Origin: a virus
Taxonomy: Duplodnaviria; Caudoviricetes
Direction: 5' to 3' (one strand)
DNA length: 64,000 nt
IMG/VR virus record: IMGVR_UViG_3300031853_000029
Location: 6,657 to 70,656 of that record
The position numbers and the translations under genes were made by a program. Shown piece by piece: positions 38,099 to 46,284 of this stretch. The stretch's first letter is position 1. Every line of letters begins with the position of its first letter. The notes under the pieces were generated by a model. It was not told the origin of the DNA. It made no database searches and saw only the letters and a list, made by a program, of their open reading frames with translations.

Positions 38099-38542
38099 AT
38101 GAGCATTATTAACATGACGAAGAAAGACTTTGATGCTGTTCCCCGCCTTGACACCTATACTGATTGGAAAAAACTTGCGCCGAATGGCCATCTGGAGTTC
38201 AGAAGTTTTGTTATTATTCCAGTCGAAAACGAATACGGAACGATTGACTTGCATGATTCCGGTTGGGGCTGTATGGAATTCTGCCTTATCGATCGGAACA
38301 ACAACCCCATTGGAAAAGTCGGCGGAGGATCCGATGTTGTTAATCTCGATGGCATAGGTGGATACGGAGGAAATCGGCTCAGTTTTACTGAAATTCCTCA
38401 TACCGTTCCGGTTCATGGGTGGTCTATCGATCTCCTGCCTTGTGGGTATTTAAATGTCTGGACAAAAAGAACACTGTATATTAAAGACGGAATCATCTGT
38501 TCCAACTTCGAAGTTTTCTCGGAAGATAAGTATGAGGGATAA
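38099..38542 (+). CDS. Hypothetical phage protein
   Basis: AAGGAGG RBS; LHDSGWGCM motif. Confidence 0.65.
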   Translation: MSIINMTKKDFDAVPRLDTYTDWKKLAPNGHLEFRSFVIIPVENEYGTIDLHDSGWGCMEFCLIDRNNNPIGKVGGGSDVVNLDGIGGYGGNRLSFTEIPHTVPVHGWSIDLLPCGYLNVWTKRTLYIKDGIICSNFEVFSEDKYEG

Positions 38543-38544
38543 CA

Positions 38545-38685
38545 ATGCACAAACTCATTCGCAGTATTCTTAGATTTATCATTCGTCACAGAAAGATCGA
38601 CCGTATTTTCAATAAATGGAAGTGGTTCCGAAATCTGTGCTACGAGGAAGCGCAAGCGGTTATCGGAAATAGACTGTGGTCATGA
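38545..38685 (+). CDS. Small basic protein (46 aa, not in ORF track)
   Basis: GAGGG RBS; MHKLIRSILRF... Confidence 0.4.
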   Translation: MHKLIRSILRFIIRHRKIDRIFNKWKWFRNLCYEEAQAVIGNRLWS

Positions 38686-38699
38686 TTTAAATAACACTA

Positions 38700-38935
38700 T
38701 GTGGAGTATGCCCACGCTGAAAAGCATCGATAGTTGCCGGAGTAGCGCTTAAATTCGGCAGAGAAAAGGCGGCATACACAGAACAGACGAGATGGGGGTC
38801 TGGTCCAACTTAATTAACACGTTGGGTGAGCCGTTAAGCTGTACCCTGTTTGTATTCCGGAGTACGGCAGGAGATGAGCGAAACAGATATGCAAGATGAC
38901 GGTATAGGCACTCGCCACCAAATAGCCTAAATAGG
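38700..38935 (+). ncRNA. Candidate structured intergenic RNA
   Basis: Helices GTATGCC/GGCATAC, TGCCG/CGGCA, CCAAC/GTTGG, TAGGC/GCCTA in an ORF-free gap. Confidence 0.4.
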
Positions 38936-38945
38936 AGTTTAACGC

Positions 38946-39248
38946 ATGACCAGAGACGAAGCCGTTAAGGAAATTGAGGAGTATATTGCAGATGCAGATA
39001 AAGCCGTAAGCGAAGACGAAGAATATATTCGCGGTTGGAAATCAGCATTGCTTGTTGCTTTAGAGGTTATAACAAACATAACGCTTACGAAGGCTAATCT
39101 AATGGATCAAGATTTAGCAGAAAAGATATATTGGATACTGATTGAAGAAGGGCAGCGCAATTTAAAATTCCCGCTTGGAAGTATAATCACAAACACACCG
39201 GATGAAGTAAGGGATATTATTCGGAAACACATCGAGGAACTAACTTAA
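38946..39248 (+). CDS. Hypothetical protein
   Basis: AGGAG RBS. Confidence 0.6.
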   Translation: MTRDEAVKEIEEYIADADKAVSEDEEYIRGWKSALLVALEVITNITLTKANLMDQDLAEKIYWILIEEGQRNLKFPLGSIITNTPDEVRDIIRKHIEELT

Positions 39249-39266
39249 ATAACACGAGGTGAAGCC

Positions 39267-39410
39267 ATGACGATAACGATTTCAGTCGAATTGGAGGTAT
39301 CAAGCCCATATGATCTTACCGCAGAAGAAATTGAAAGAGATTTGCGGATGGCAGAGGATCGTATTGGCTGGGAATATGATTATACCATTATGGATGTCAA
39401 AGTAACTTAA
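39267..39410 (+). CDS. Small hypothetical protein (47 aa, not in ORF track)
   Basis: GAGGTG RBS; MTITISVELEV... Confidence 0.5.
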   Translation: MTITISVELEVSSPYDLTAEEIERDLRMAEDRIGWEYDYTIMDVKVT

Positions 39411-39421
39411 AGCAACTAATA

Positions 39422-39627
39422 ATGCGGTGGCGGAATAGATGTGGGGATGGGACCAAAGCCCCCAGATGCGTACAGACAGAAGCGGGTTCCGCAATTACGC
39501 CCGTGGAGTCCGGTTGCATCAGTAGACGCTTATAGCAAGGTCGTGCGCTATGACAGGATCATTGCGGAAACTGTAAAGCGTGGCTTGACAAAGAACGACC
39601 ATGTGAGGTGCAAATCCTCACCCGCAT
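39422..39627 (+). ncRNA. tRNA-like ncRNA with 83-nt D-loop insertion and pseudoknot
   Basis: Acceptor ATGCGG/CCGCAT; T-arm GTGAGG-TGCAAAT-CCTCAC; split D-arm GGCGGAATAG...GTAGACGC; GGTCGT/ACGACC pseudoknot. Confidence 0.6.
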
Positions 39628-39634
39628 AACAGTT

Positions 39635-39756
39635 AACTTTTCTGCGTTGTTTGCCGATTTCAGCGCTGGCTGGCAGGAGTTTTACTTCTCGAAAGGATCG
39701 CAGACAAATCGGACGTATTACAACAGAGAGTTTATCCCGGCAAAAGCTTGGGATTA
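39635..39756 (+). ncRNA. Candidate structured RNA
   Basis: Nested helices AACTTTTCTG/CAGAGAGTT, GTTGT/ACAAC, CCGATTT/AAATCGG; further ATCCC/GGGAT hairpin. Confidence 0.4.
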
Positions 39757-39770
39757 AGAAGGTGTAAAAC

Positions 39771-39905
39771 ATGATTGATTTAGATTTATCGGATGAATAC
39801 TTGTCCGGATACAAAGCGAGATTGAATGGCGAACCATTTGACGGAACCAAATCTGATGATTGGAAAATGGGCTGGATAAACGCCCATCAGTCTTTGAAAT
39901 GGTGA
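39771..39905 (+). CDS. Small hypothetical protein (44 aa, not in ORF track)
   Basis: AAGGTG RBS. Confidence 0.4.
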   Translation: MIDLDLSDEYLSGYKARLNGEPFDGTKSDDWKMGWINAHQSLKW

Positions 39906-39949
39906 TTATGGTTTAAAATGAATATTTAAGTGAATTGGAGGATTTAATA

Positions 39950-40138
39950 ATGACTTGGGAAGAATTTGAGAAAATGAACCCAAAAGAATATTACATCCAT
40001 AATTCAAAAAGAAAAATAACGGATATTGATTGTCCTAAATGCGGAAAGAAAATTTATGTAAGAACCGATCTTGTTCTTGCTTCATATCCTCCAAAAAGTC
40101 AATACGAATGTGATTGCGGATGGGTGGGATATAATTAA
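39950..40138 (+). CDS. Zinc-ribbon mini-protein
   Basis: CPKCGK...CDCGW; GGAGG RBS. Confidence 0.6.
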   Translation: MTWEEFEKMNPKEYYIHNSKRKITDIDCPKCGKKIYVRTDLVLASYPPKSQYECDCGWVGYN

Positions 40139-40260
40139 ACAATGGCAGGAATAACATTTCTATTGTCGGGCTGACAAAGAACGTAGATAATCTGAGTACA
40201 GGCCGTATTGGTGTCCATTGAAAGAAATTCACGATGATCATGAAGGCGGTTAAAAAAATC

Positions 40261-40286
40261 CGCGAAAAAATCACCTCTCGTTATGG
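40261..40286 (+). promoter_or_regulatory. 26-bp repeated motif, copy 17
   Basis: CGCGAAAAAATCACCTCTCGTTATGG. Confidence 0.7.
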
Positions 40287-40299
40287 AGGTGATCTACAG

Positions 40300-40512
40300 A
40301 TGAGTAGACGCAAAGAGAATGAGATGGATTTCGGTGGACCAAGGTTCGGAGACTGGGCTTTGCTTGGGATTGGAGCGGCGTTCACAGGCTGGAGTGGAAA
40401 CAGAATTTACAAAAAGCACAAACTGGCAAAAGAACGCAGACGATCCTGGGAGGAGGAATACGACCGTGATGACATCGTCACCGATTATGACAGCGGCTAT
40501 TACCTGAGGTAA
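40300..40512 (+). CDS. Small protein with glycine-rich hydrophobic segment
   Basis: GGAGGTG RBS; followed by terminator. Confidence 0.6.
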   Translation: MSRRKENEMDFGGPRFGDWALLGIGAAFTGWSGNRIYKKHKLAKERRRSWEEEYDRDDIVTDYDSGYYLR

Positions 40513-40588
40513 GCTTCCAAGTTAAGAGGACTTTAGAAATAAGGTCCTCATTTCTTTTTATGGCTATTCGGAAGAGAAAGGAGAAAGA

Positions 40589-40894
40589 ATGGGCATGAGC
40601 TTATTCAAGCGCAAGGTTCAGGACGCCACCAAGGAGGCCGTAGCCACCGTGAAGGAGGCCGCGGCGAAAGTCACGACGGAAAAAATGGATATTTGGGGCG
40701 ACGCGGCCAAAATCGGCACATTTGCCATCATGGCATTTGGGGCGATCAAGGCATTCGGGCAGGACGAGCCGCCCCGGAGAACCAGGCACGGAGGTGAGCC
40801 AGATGTACGGACGATCACGGTCAACAACTACTATTACCGGCAGCCGGATGGAGGGCGAAACCATGGTGGAACTCACGGAAAAAGAATCCGCTGA
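40589..40894 (+). CDS. Hypothetical protein with hydrophobic segment
   Basis: AAGGAG RBS. Confidence 0.55.
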   Translation: MGMSLFKRKVQDATKEAVATVKEAAAKVTTEKMDIWGDAAKIGTFAIMAFGAIKAFGQDEPPRRTRHGGEPDVRTITVNNYYYRQPDGGRNHGGTHGKRIR

Positions 40895-40970
40895 ACTGAT
40901 TCTTGAGGCTGAAGCAGTCATCGAGGCCATTAAAAACGGTGAAATTGATGGCGAATACTTTGAATTCTGA
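40863..40970 (+). CDS. Small acidic protein (35 aa)
   Basis: GGAGG RBS. Confidence 0.35.
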   Translation: MVELTEKESAELILEAEAVIEAIKNGEIDGEYFEF

Positions 40971-40993
40971 GAAAAAAGGAGGACGCCAAAACG

Positions 40994-41170
40994 ATGAACA
41001 TGGTTCAGCATGATGAGCAATTCCTGAAGTACGTACAGACGATGAGAGACCGCGGAATGACCGAGGCGCAAATTGCCATGTCGCTCGGTCTTGGAGCAGC
41101 CCGGTACAGGAAAATCCTGCATGGCGTCCTGAACCGGAAACAGCAGAAAAATAAGGAGGACGCCGAATGA
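40994..41170 (+). CDS. Stand-alone HTH protein (58 aa, not in ORF track)
   Basis: AAGGAGG RBS; MRDRGMTEAQIAMSLGL. Confidence 0.6.
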   Translation: MNMVQHDEQFLKYVQTMRDRGMTEAQIAMSLGLGAARYRKILHGVLNRKQQKNKEDAE

Positions 41171-41409
41171 TCGGATTTCTGAAAACTCTGGCGGATTTTG
41201 TTATTCCGATCGGAGCGGAGGCGATTATGGCGGGTATCACAGCGCCTGCCGTACGAAACTGCGGAAAACTGACGAAATTCGCCGCCGGATGCACCAGCCT
41301 GGTTGTCGGATACATGGTCGGTGACAAAGCCGTGGAGTATTTTGACCATGTGCTGGATGAGCAAAAAGACAAATGGGACCGATACAAACTCGGAAGTGAG
41401 GATGACTAA
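41167..41409 (+). CDS. Glycine-zipper membrane-like protein
   Basis: ATGA coupling; two hydrophobic Gly/Ala segments. Confidence 0.6.
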   Translation: MIGFLKTLADFVIPIGAEAIMAGITAPAVRNCGKLTKFAAGCTSLVVGYMVGDKAVEYFDHVLDEQKDKWDRYKLGSEDD

Positions 41410-42059
41410 TGAACGAAGAAAAAACGAACATCGTCCCGTACAATAATGTTCAGAAGGACTATTCCAACAGCAACCGCAGCAAAATGGAGGTTGCTGGAAG
41501 CCAGACGCCCAGTCAGCCATCGGCAAACTATCCGGCAAAGACGGAGATCAGTACGGGTACGAGCGACGGATTCTTTAAAGCCACCCTGAAGCAGGCGGTC
41601 GACCACGCCATCAAAACGGTGATTGACCCGATGATCCGCAACTTCATCTACAGCACTGGGATGAGTGTTCTGAACACCATGCTGTGGAACGGAGGCAAAG
41701 GATCACCGGGTCTGCCAACGGGAATCGGCATGACACCGTACAACCTGATCTCCACGCCGATCGGTCAGGGACAGACCAAGCAGCAGTCCCAGCTGACCAG
41801 GGAAGACCGGGTCTGGCAGCGGTATGAAAAGCTTCACAAGAATACCCTGGACGAGGCAAACGCCATCATGAGCAGGCTTTATCGGATCTTTCTGCAGAAC
41901 GGTCGGGTAACACTGTCCGAATACTACGAGGCGTTTGGCGAAAGATATGAATTCCAGAACGAATACTGGGGATGGCACAGTCTTCCGAAGGATCAGATGT
42001 ACGCCCAGCAGTTTTCTGACGGGTATCACGTGATCATGCCGAAACTGGAGAAACTGTAA
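41409..42059 (+). CDS. Conserved hypothetical phage protein
   Basis: G.VTLSEYYEA.G....WGW C-terminal motif. Confidence 0.7.
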   Translation: MNEEKTNIVPYNNVQKDYSNSNRSKMEVAGSQTPSQPSANYPAKTEISTGTSDGFFKATLKQAVDHAIKTVIDPMIRNFIYSTGMSVLNTMLWNGGKGSPGLPTGIGMTPYNLISTPIGQGQTKQQSQLTREDRVWQRYEKLHKNTLDEANAIMSRLYRIFLQNGRVTLSEYYEAFGERYEFQNEYWGWHSLPKDQMYAQQFSDGYHVIMPKLEKL

Positions 42060-42295
42060 TGAATCGAGAAGAAAAGCGGAAAGTATGGAAGAAAGCACAG
42101 TCGATCCGCGACAGCCTCTGGTGCGATACCTGCAAGCACTGGAGTTTATTCACGGCTGTGAAAGCGGACGACATTGACCACTACGACGTGCACTGCATCG
42201 TGTGCGGCGAACGCAAGTTCCGCTGCCGCGAAGGCGAGCACGGTATTACGGGCGAAGGACTGATCCATAAGATAAAGGAGGTTAAAAGAGCATGA
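42059..42295 (+). CDS. Zinc-finger protein
   Basis: CDTC...CIVC. Confidence 0.55.
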   Translation: MNREEKRKVWKKAQSIRDSLWCDTCKHWSLFTAVKADDIDHYDVHCIVCGERKFRCREGEHGITGEGLIHKIKEVKRA

Positions 42296-42576
42296 TCGCC
42301 ACCACTATTGAATGGTTCGATCCTGAAGAAAAGCTTCCTGAAGAGGATGGATGTTACCTGATTTACACCAGTAACTTTATACCGGTTACCTGCGTCCAGT
42401 TCGCCGTGAACCTCAACGACTTCGACGACATTGACTTCCCTGAAGAATTATATTCTCATTGCGAAGGATTCGTCGATTTTGATGGATCTCAATATCAGTG
42501 GTATAAGGTTCCGATTGAGGAGATTAAATACTGGGCAAAGATTCCGGAAATAAAGGAGGAAACAAAAGATGATTAA
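42292..42576 (+). CDS. DUF551-like protein
   Basis: W.DPEEKLPEEDGCYLI...IKYWAKIP. Confidence 0.6.
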   Translation: MIATTIEWFDPEEKLPEEDGCYLIYTSNFIPVTCVQFAVNLNDFDDIDFPEELYSHCEGFVDFDGSQYQWYKVPIEEIKYWAKIPEIKEETKDD

Positions 42577-42814
42577 CTGGCTTTGGGCGATTCCATGGAT
42601 TGCCATCATTATATTTTTCGCCGGGTGGCATTTTGGCGGAAAGGTTGCCGTGCGCAGGGAGATCCGTGAGCAGATGCTCGAACGGGAAGCTAGGGAAAGT
42701 GAGCGGCAGCACAACCGAGACGTGTCGGAAATCTACAAACATCTGGATAATCTCGAAAGCAAAATCGAACAAATATATGCGACAAGAATTAAGGAGGAAA
42801 AAGTAAATGGGTAA
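42569..42814 (+). CDS. Membrane-anchored coiled-coil protein
   Basis: N-terminal TM; AAGGAGG RBS. Confidence 0.6.
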   Translation: MINWLWAIPWIAIIIFFAGWHFGGKVAVRREIREQMLEREARESERQHNRDVSEIYKHLDNLESKIEQIYATRIKEEKVNG

Positions 42815-43169
42815 GAGACTGCAGAAGGTAAATGCGTGGCTGGACGACCACGCAGACGAGGCGATCATCATTGAGGGCGGCCTGCTGGGCGCATTGTGGG
42901 GCTGGCTGCTGACGGATCCGACCATCGCTAATTGGGTCGGAAAGGGCATTAAGAAGGGCTGGAGCGTTGCGAAAGAAAATATTCATCTGACCATCGGCAA
43001 GCCCTCTGGAGGCCCTTCTGTGACCATTGACGGCGGTTCTGGAGGCAAGAAAGAGAGGATGGGCTACTACGACTACATGGACCGGTGCGAGCAGCGCCGG
43101 CATGAGGAGCGCATGGCCCAGATCAAGAACGGAAAGTTTGTGAATGATGAAGGAGGAACCATCGAATGA
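42807..43169 (+). CDS. Glycine-zipper protein
   Basis: GGLLGALWGWLL; AAGGAGG RBS. Confidence 0.6.
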   Translation: MGKRLQKVNAWLDDHADEAIIIEGGLLGALWGWLLTDPTIANWVGKGIKKGWSVAKENIHLTIGKPSGGPSVTIDGGSGGKKERMGYYDYMDRCEQRRHEERMAQIKNGKFVNDEGGTIE

Positions 43170-43462
43170 GCAAGATCGTGAATGTGAGCAACCCGAAGGA
43201 AATGTACGCCAGCTTCCTTGATATCTACCCGGAATTCAAAGCCCAGTGCAACGGATACAACACGTTTAACTGGGATGACCATCTGCGCAAGATTCTAATC
43301 AACCTGAGCAACATCGACGTCAAGATCCTGTTCAGCGTGCGTAAAAATGAGGAAACAGAAAGTTGGGTCGAGTTCAGCGCGCTGCTGATCCCGGCGCCGG
43401 AAAAGGAAAAGACTCCCGAGCCTGACAAAAACGCTAAAGTAGAAATTTCGGAGGATCTGTAA
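43166..43462 (+). CDS. Hypothetical protein
   Basis: ATGA coupling. Confidence 0.6.
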   Translation: MSKIVNVSNPKEMYASFLDIYPEFKAQCNGYNTFNWDDHLRKILINLSNIDVKILFSVRKNEETESWVEFSALLIPAPEKEKTPEPDKNAKVEISEDL

Positions 43463-43551
43463 GATGGATGCTGGCTTCTGGATCGGCGTGGTGATTGGTA
43501 TTGTGATTTACTGTAGATATTTGGACAATTAAATGAAGGAGGTAGACGGCG

Positions 43552-43743
43552 ATGACCGTTGAGGCGATGCGGGCTAAAATCGGCGAAGTATATGAGAGCG
43601 ACCGTTGGCGCAGGAAGGTGCAGCTGATGCCTGACAACCAGGTCATCGCCATCTACCGCACCATGCGCGACCGGGGGCAGCTTACCAGCAAGAAGCGTAA
43701 GCGCAGCAAAGTATATTTTCAGCAGATCAGCATGTTCGACTGA
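43552..43743 (+). CDS. Conserved hypothetical phage protein
   Basis: AAGGAGG RBS; W..KV..MPDNQVIAIY. Confidence 0.65.
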   Translation: MTVEAMRAKIGEVYESDRWRRKVQLMPDNQVIAIYRTMRDRGQLTSKKRKRSKVYFQQISMFD

Positions 43744-43760
43744 CATGCCGGCGGAGGTGT

Positions 43761-43922
43761 ATGATGGAATCTATACTGCAATTACTCAAAGAAGCACTCG
43801 AGAAAAAGTTGGCCTATACCACGGACGGAGAATCTGTGAGCCTGCTTCTCTCAAACAACGCGGCGAAAGATTTGCTCGAAGCTTTAAATGACGTGTTGAA
43901 CAAGGAGGATGACGGAAAATGA
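43761..43922 (+). CDS. Small hypothetical protein (53 aa, not in ORF track)
   Basis: GGAGGTG RBS; ATGA coupling to next gene. Confidence 0.55.
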   Translation: MMESILQLLKEALEKKLAYTTDGESVSLLLSNNAAKDLLEALNDVLNKEDDGK

Positions 43923-44458
43923 GTACGGTTGAAATCATTCTGATAAGTGTAGCCATGGTCAGCCTGATTGTCAGCATTATTACATTAGCTAGAGTCCATA
44001 GCTGGGAAATTCTTGTCGAGAGAAAGCATTCCGCAATCGACACTTCCGAAGTGAGAGTAAGGCATCTCATTGACGATCTTGACACTGCCCTGTTCAACGT
44101 AAAGTCAGATCTGCTCGACCTGAAGACGACCTTCTACAAATCCGGCATCGAGACACTGAAGGTCAAAAGCGACGACAACGAGAAATCGATCGAGAGTATT
44201 CGGAAGGATCTGCTGGATCTGCAGGTGCTCAGCGGGACGCTTCCGAGCCGGGCGGGCACGATGAGGCAAGAGATTGAAAACACGCTGGAGGCCCTGAAGT
44301 CGGTTCAAAGCAGCTACCTCGAAACCAGGGCAATCACCGAACGTACGAAAGAGCAGGTCGAGAAGCTGGCGGAGGCATACGCAAGTCTTCATTTTACCGG
44401 GAGGGAAATTGAGGAAATGCGGGATGAGCTTGAGGATCTGAGCAGGAAGTCCTCATGA
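43919..44458 (+). CDS. Membrane-anchored coiled-coil protein
   Basis: N-terminal TM then heptad repeats. Confidence 0.65.
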   Translation: MSTVEIILISVAMVSLIVSIITLARVHSWEILVERKHSAIDTSEVRVRHLIDDLDTALFNVKSDLLDLKTTFYKSGIETLKVKSDDNEKSIESIRKDLLDLQVLSGTLPSRAGTMRQEIENTLEALKSVQSSYLETRAITERTKEQVEKLAEAYASLHFTGREIEEMRDELEDLSRKSS

Positions 44459-44496
44459 TCTGAAAAAAAAAATCCCACGGCGTGACAAATTATATT

Positions 44497-44522
44497 CGCG
44501 AAAAAAGCAGTGTTGTTTATGG
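44497..44522 (+). promoter_or_regulatory. 26-bp repeated motif, copy 18
   Basis: CGCGAAAAAAGCAGTGTTGTTTATGG. Confidence 0.7.
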
Positions 44523-44559
44523 AGATGGTAAATGCGAAACAACCATCTCTTTATTTTTT
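44522..44559 (+). terminator. Leader terminator / attenuator directly after motif
   Basis: GAGATGGT...ACCATCTC then TTTATTTTTT. Confidence 0.65.
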
Positions 44560-44585
44560 CGACAAAGGAAGGAGAAACACGAAAC

Positions 44586-45551
44586 ATGGGAATCGCACTG
44601 GTGAAGAAGGTTATCTGGATCGGTAAGAAGTATGCTCCGGAAATTCTTACCTACGGTGGACTGGCAGTGATGGGCGTAGGAACGGTGTTTGCCTGCAAGC
44701 AGACGCCAAAGGCTATTGCGATCGTGGAAGACACGAAGAAGCAACTGGCCGTGATCAAGGGAACTGAAGAGGAAGCCGAGAAGAACGACCGCAAGGTGAA
44801 CCGCAACGGCGGTCTGATCAGCTATTCCGAGCAGGACTTCAAGAAGGACATTACGATTGCTCACGTCAACAACATTAAAGCGCTGGCGAAGACGTACGCC
44901 GTCCCTGGACTGATGCTGATCGGCGGTACGGCCATGGTGCTTGGTGGGCACGGTATTCTGAGAAAGCGGAACGCTGTGGCGATTGCGACGCTGAGCAGCG
45001 TGATGGAAGGCTTCAACAAGTACCGCAGCAACGTCATCAAGGAGCTCGGGGAAACCGCGGACAAGCATTTCCGGTTCGGCAAGGGTACGCCGGACATCGT
45101 CGAAACGGTGGACGCCGAAAGCGGTGAGGTAACACAGGAGAAATCGAGTACGGACGGATTCGCCGATTTTCCGGAAGACGATCCGAGATTCTTCATCTAC
45201 AGCAAGGAAACCTCTCCCGATTTCTACAAGGGAAATCTGCTGATGGATCTGGCTAACCTGCGGTCTTTCCAGAATCACGCGGACGATATGCTGCACATTG
45301 ACGGGAACATCAATGTAAATCAGATCCGCAAGATCTGCGGCGTGAAGCCCATTGATGAAGGTCTGGACAACGGGTATGTGGTGGACGGAAACGGCGACGG
45401 GTATGTGGACTTCGGCATCTTCGACCGGGTGACCGGCGAGCCCAAGGCCTGGGTGTATGAATGCGTGAAGGAAGGTCAGGGTATTCCGATCGAGCTGAAC
45501 ATCGACGGCAACATTAAGGGTCTGCTGAAGCGGCCAAGGAATGCGAGGTGA
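44586..45551 (+). CDS. DUF6353-like protein, paralog 2
   Basis: KKYAPEILTYGG.AVMGVGTVFACKQT...YAVP...GHGILRKRN...F.KYR.NV. Confidence 0.75.
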   Translation: MGIALVKKVIWIGKKYAPEILTYGGLAVMGVGTVFACKQTPKAIAIVEDTKKQLAVIKGTEEEAEKNDRKVNRNGGLISYSEQDFKKDITIAHVNNIKALAKTYAVPGLMLIGGTAMVLGGHGILRKRNAVAIATLSSVMEGFNKYRSNVIKELGETADKHFRFGKGTPDIVETVDAESGEVTQEKSSTDGFADFPEDDPRFFIYSKETSPDFYKGNLLMDLANLRSFQNHADDMLHIDGNINVNQIRKICGVKPIDEGLDNGYVVDGNGDGYVDFGIFDRVTGEPKAWVYECVKEGQGIPIELNIDGNIKGLLKRPRNAR

Positions 45552-45557
45552 GAAAAA

Positions 45558-45689
45558 ATGAAGTTTATTGTGAAGATTTCGTCTTTCATGTTTGACTCAG
45601 CGGTTGCGCTGCTTGGTATGGCGTTCGTAGGAGCGAGTATCAAAATGTTCGACAATGATATTCGCTGGGCGAAAAAGGAGGGCAAATAA
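45558..45689 (+). CDS. Small membrane protein (43 aa, not in ORF track)
   Basis: GAGGTG RBS; hydrophobic core. Confidence 0.45.
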   Translation: MKFIVKISSFMFDSAVALLGMAFVGASIKMFDNDIRWAKKEGK

Positions 45690-45690
45690 T

Positions 45691-46284
45691 ATGACGTTTA
45701 AGTTTCCGAAGATCAACTGGGAAAAGGTCGGCGCCTATGCGTTCGGAGGGCTCCTGGGAGGGGGGCTCTCCGCTCTTGCATGGCACGCAATGGAGAAGCA
45801 CGGGATTGATCCGGGTATGGCGTTCAAAAAGAAGGTTGTTAAAGGAAATATTACCTACTATGACCCGGATAAGGATCCGAATCTGGCGGACCTGGTCAGT
45901 GAGGTTGAGGAGCTTGATATTCTCAACGAAGAGGACTCTGAAGGCGAATTCGAAGAAACGGACGACGGGGACGGAATCAACGACAGCTATGTACAGGTGA
46001 GCAGCGGTACAAATGCCGAGCCGAAAATCTATAAGATTGACGCAGAGACCTGGTACAGGAGCGAAGACGAGGACGGATATTCTCACGCTGAGATGAAGTA
46101 TTGGATCGATGATCAGCAGGTTTCCGACGAAAGAGGTATTCTGATCCCGAAGCCGTGGCTGCTCATCGGCAATGAGAATTACGACGCACTGAGCGATGAG
46201 AACTGCGACACCGAAACGTTCGTACGAAATGAGGAGCTTCAGACCGACTACTGCATCACCCGTACGGAGGGAAGTCTGGACTGA
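45691..46284 (+). CDS. Conserved protein with glycine-zipper N-terminus and acidic body
   Basis: GAYAFGGLLGGGLSAL; FVRNEELQTDYCI. Confidence 0.65.
   Translation: MTFKFPKINWEKVGAYAFGGLLGGGLSALAWHAMEKHGIDPGMAFKKKVVKGNITYYDPDKDPNLADLVSEVEELDILNEEDSEGEFEETDDGDGINDSYVQVSSGTNAEPKIYKIDAETWYRSEDEDGYSHAEMKYWIDDQQVSDERGILIPKPWLLIGNENYDALSDENCDTETFVRNEELQTDYCITRTEGSLD

Noticed and set aside
39441-39629. 62-aa ORF MGMGPKPP...
   Set aside because: No RBS; it coincides with the tRNA-like RNA fold, which explains the sequence better.
44517-45296. 259-aa minus-strand ORF and other long antisense ORFs (e.g. 1062..1664, 28423..29031, 31200..31901, 32709..33356, 50085..50684)
   Set aside because: They overlap well-supported + strand genes, lack RBS and recognisable motifs, and contradict the uniform gene orientation.
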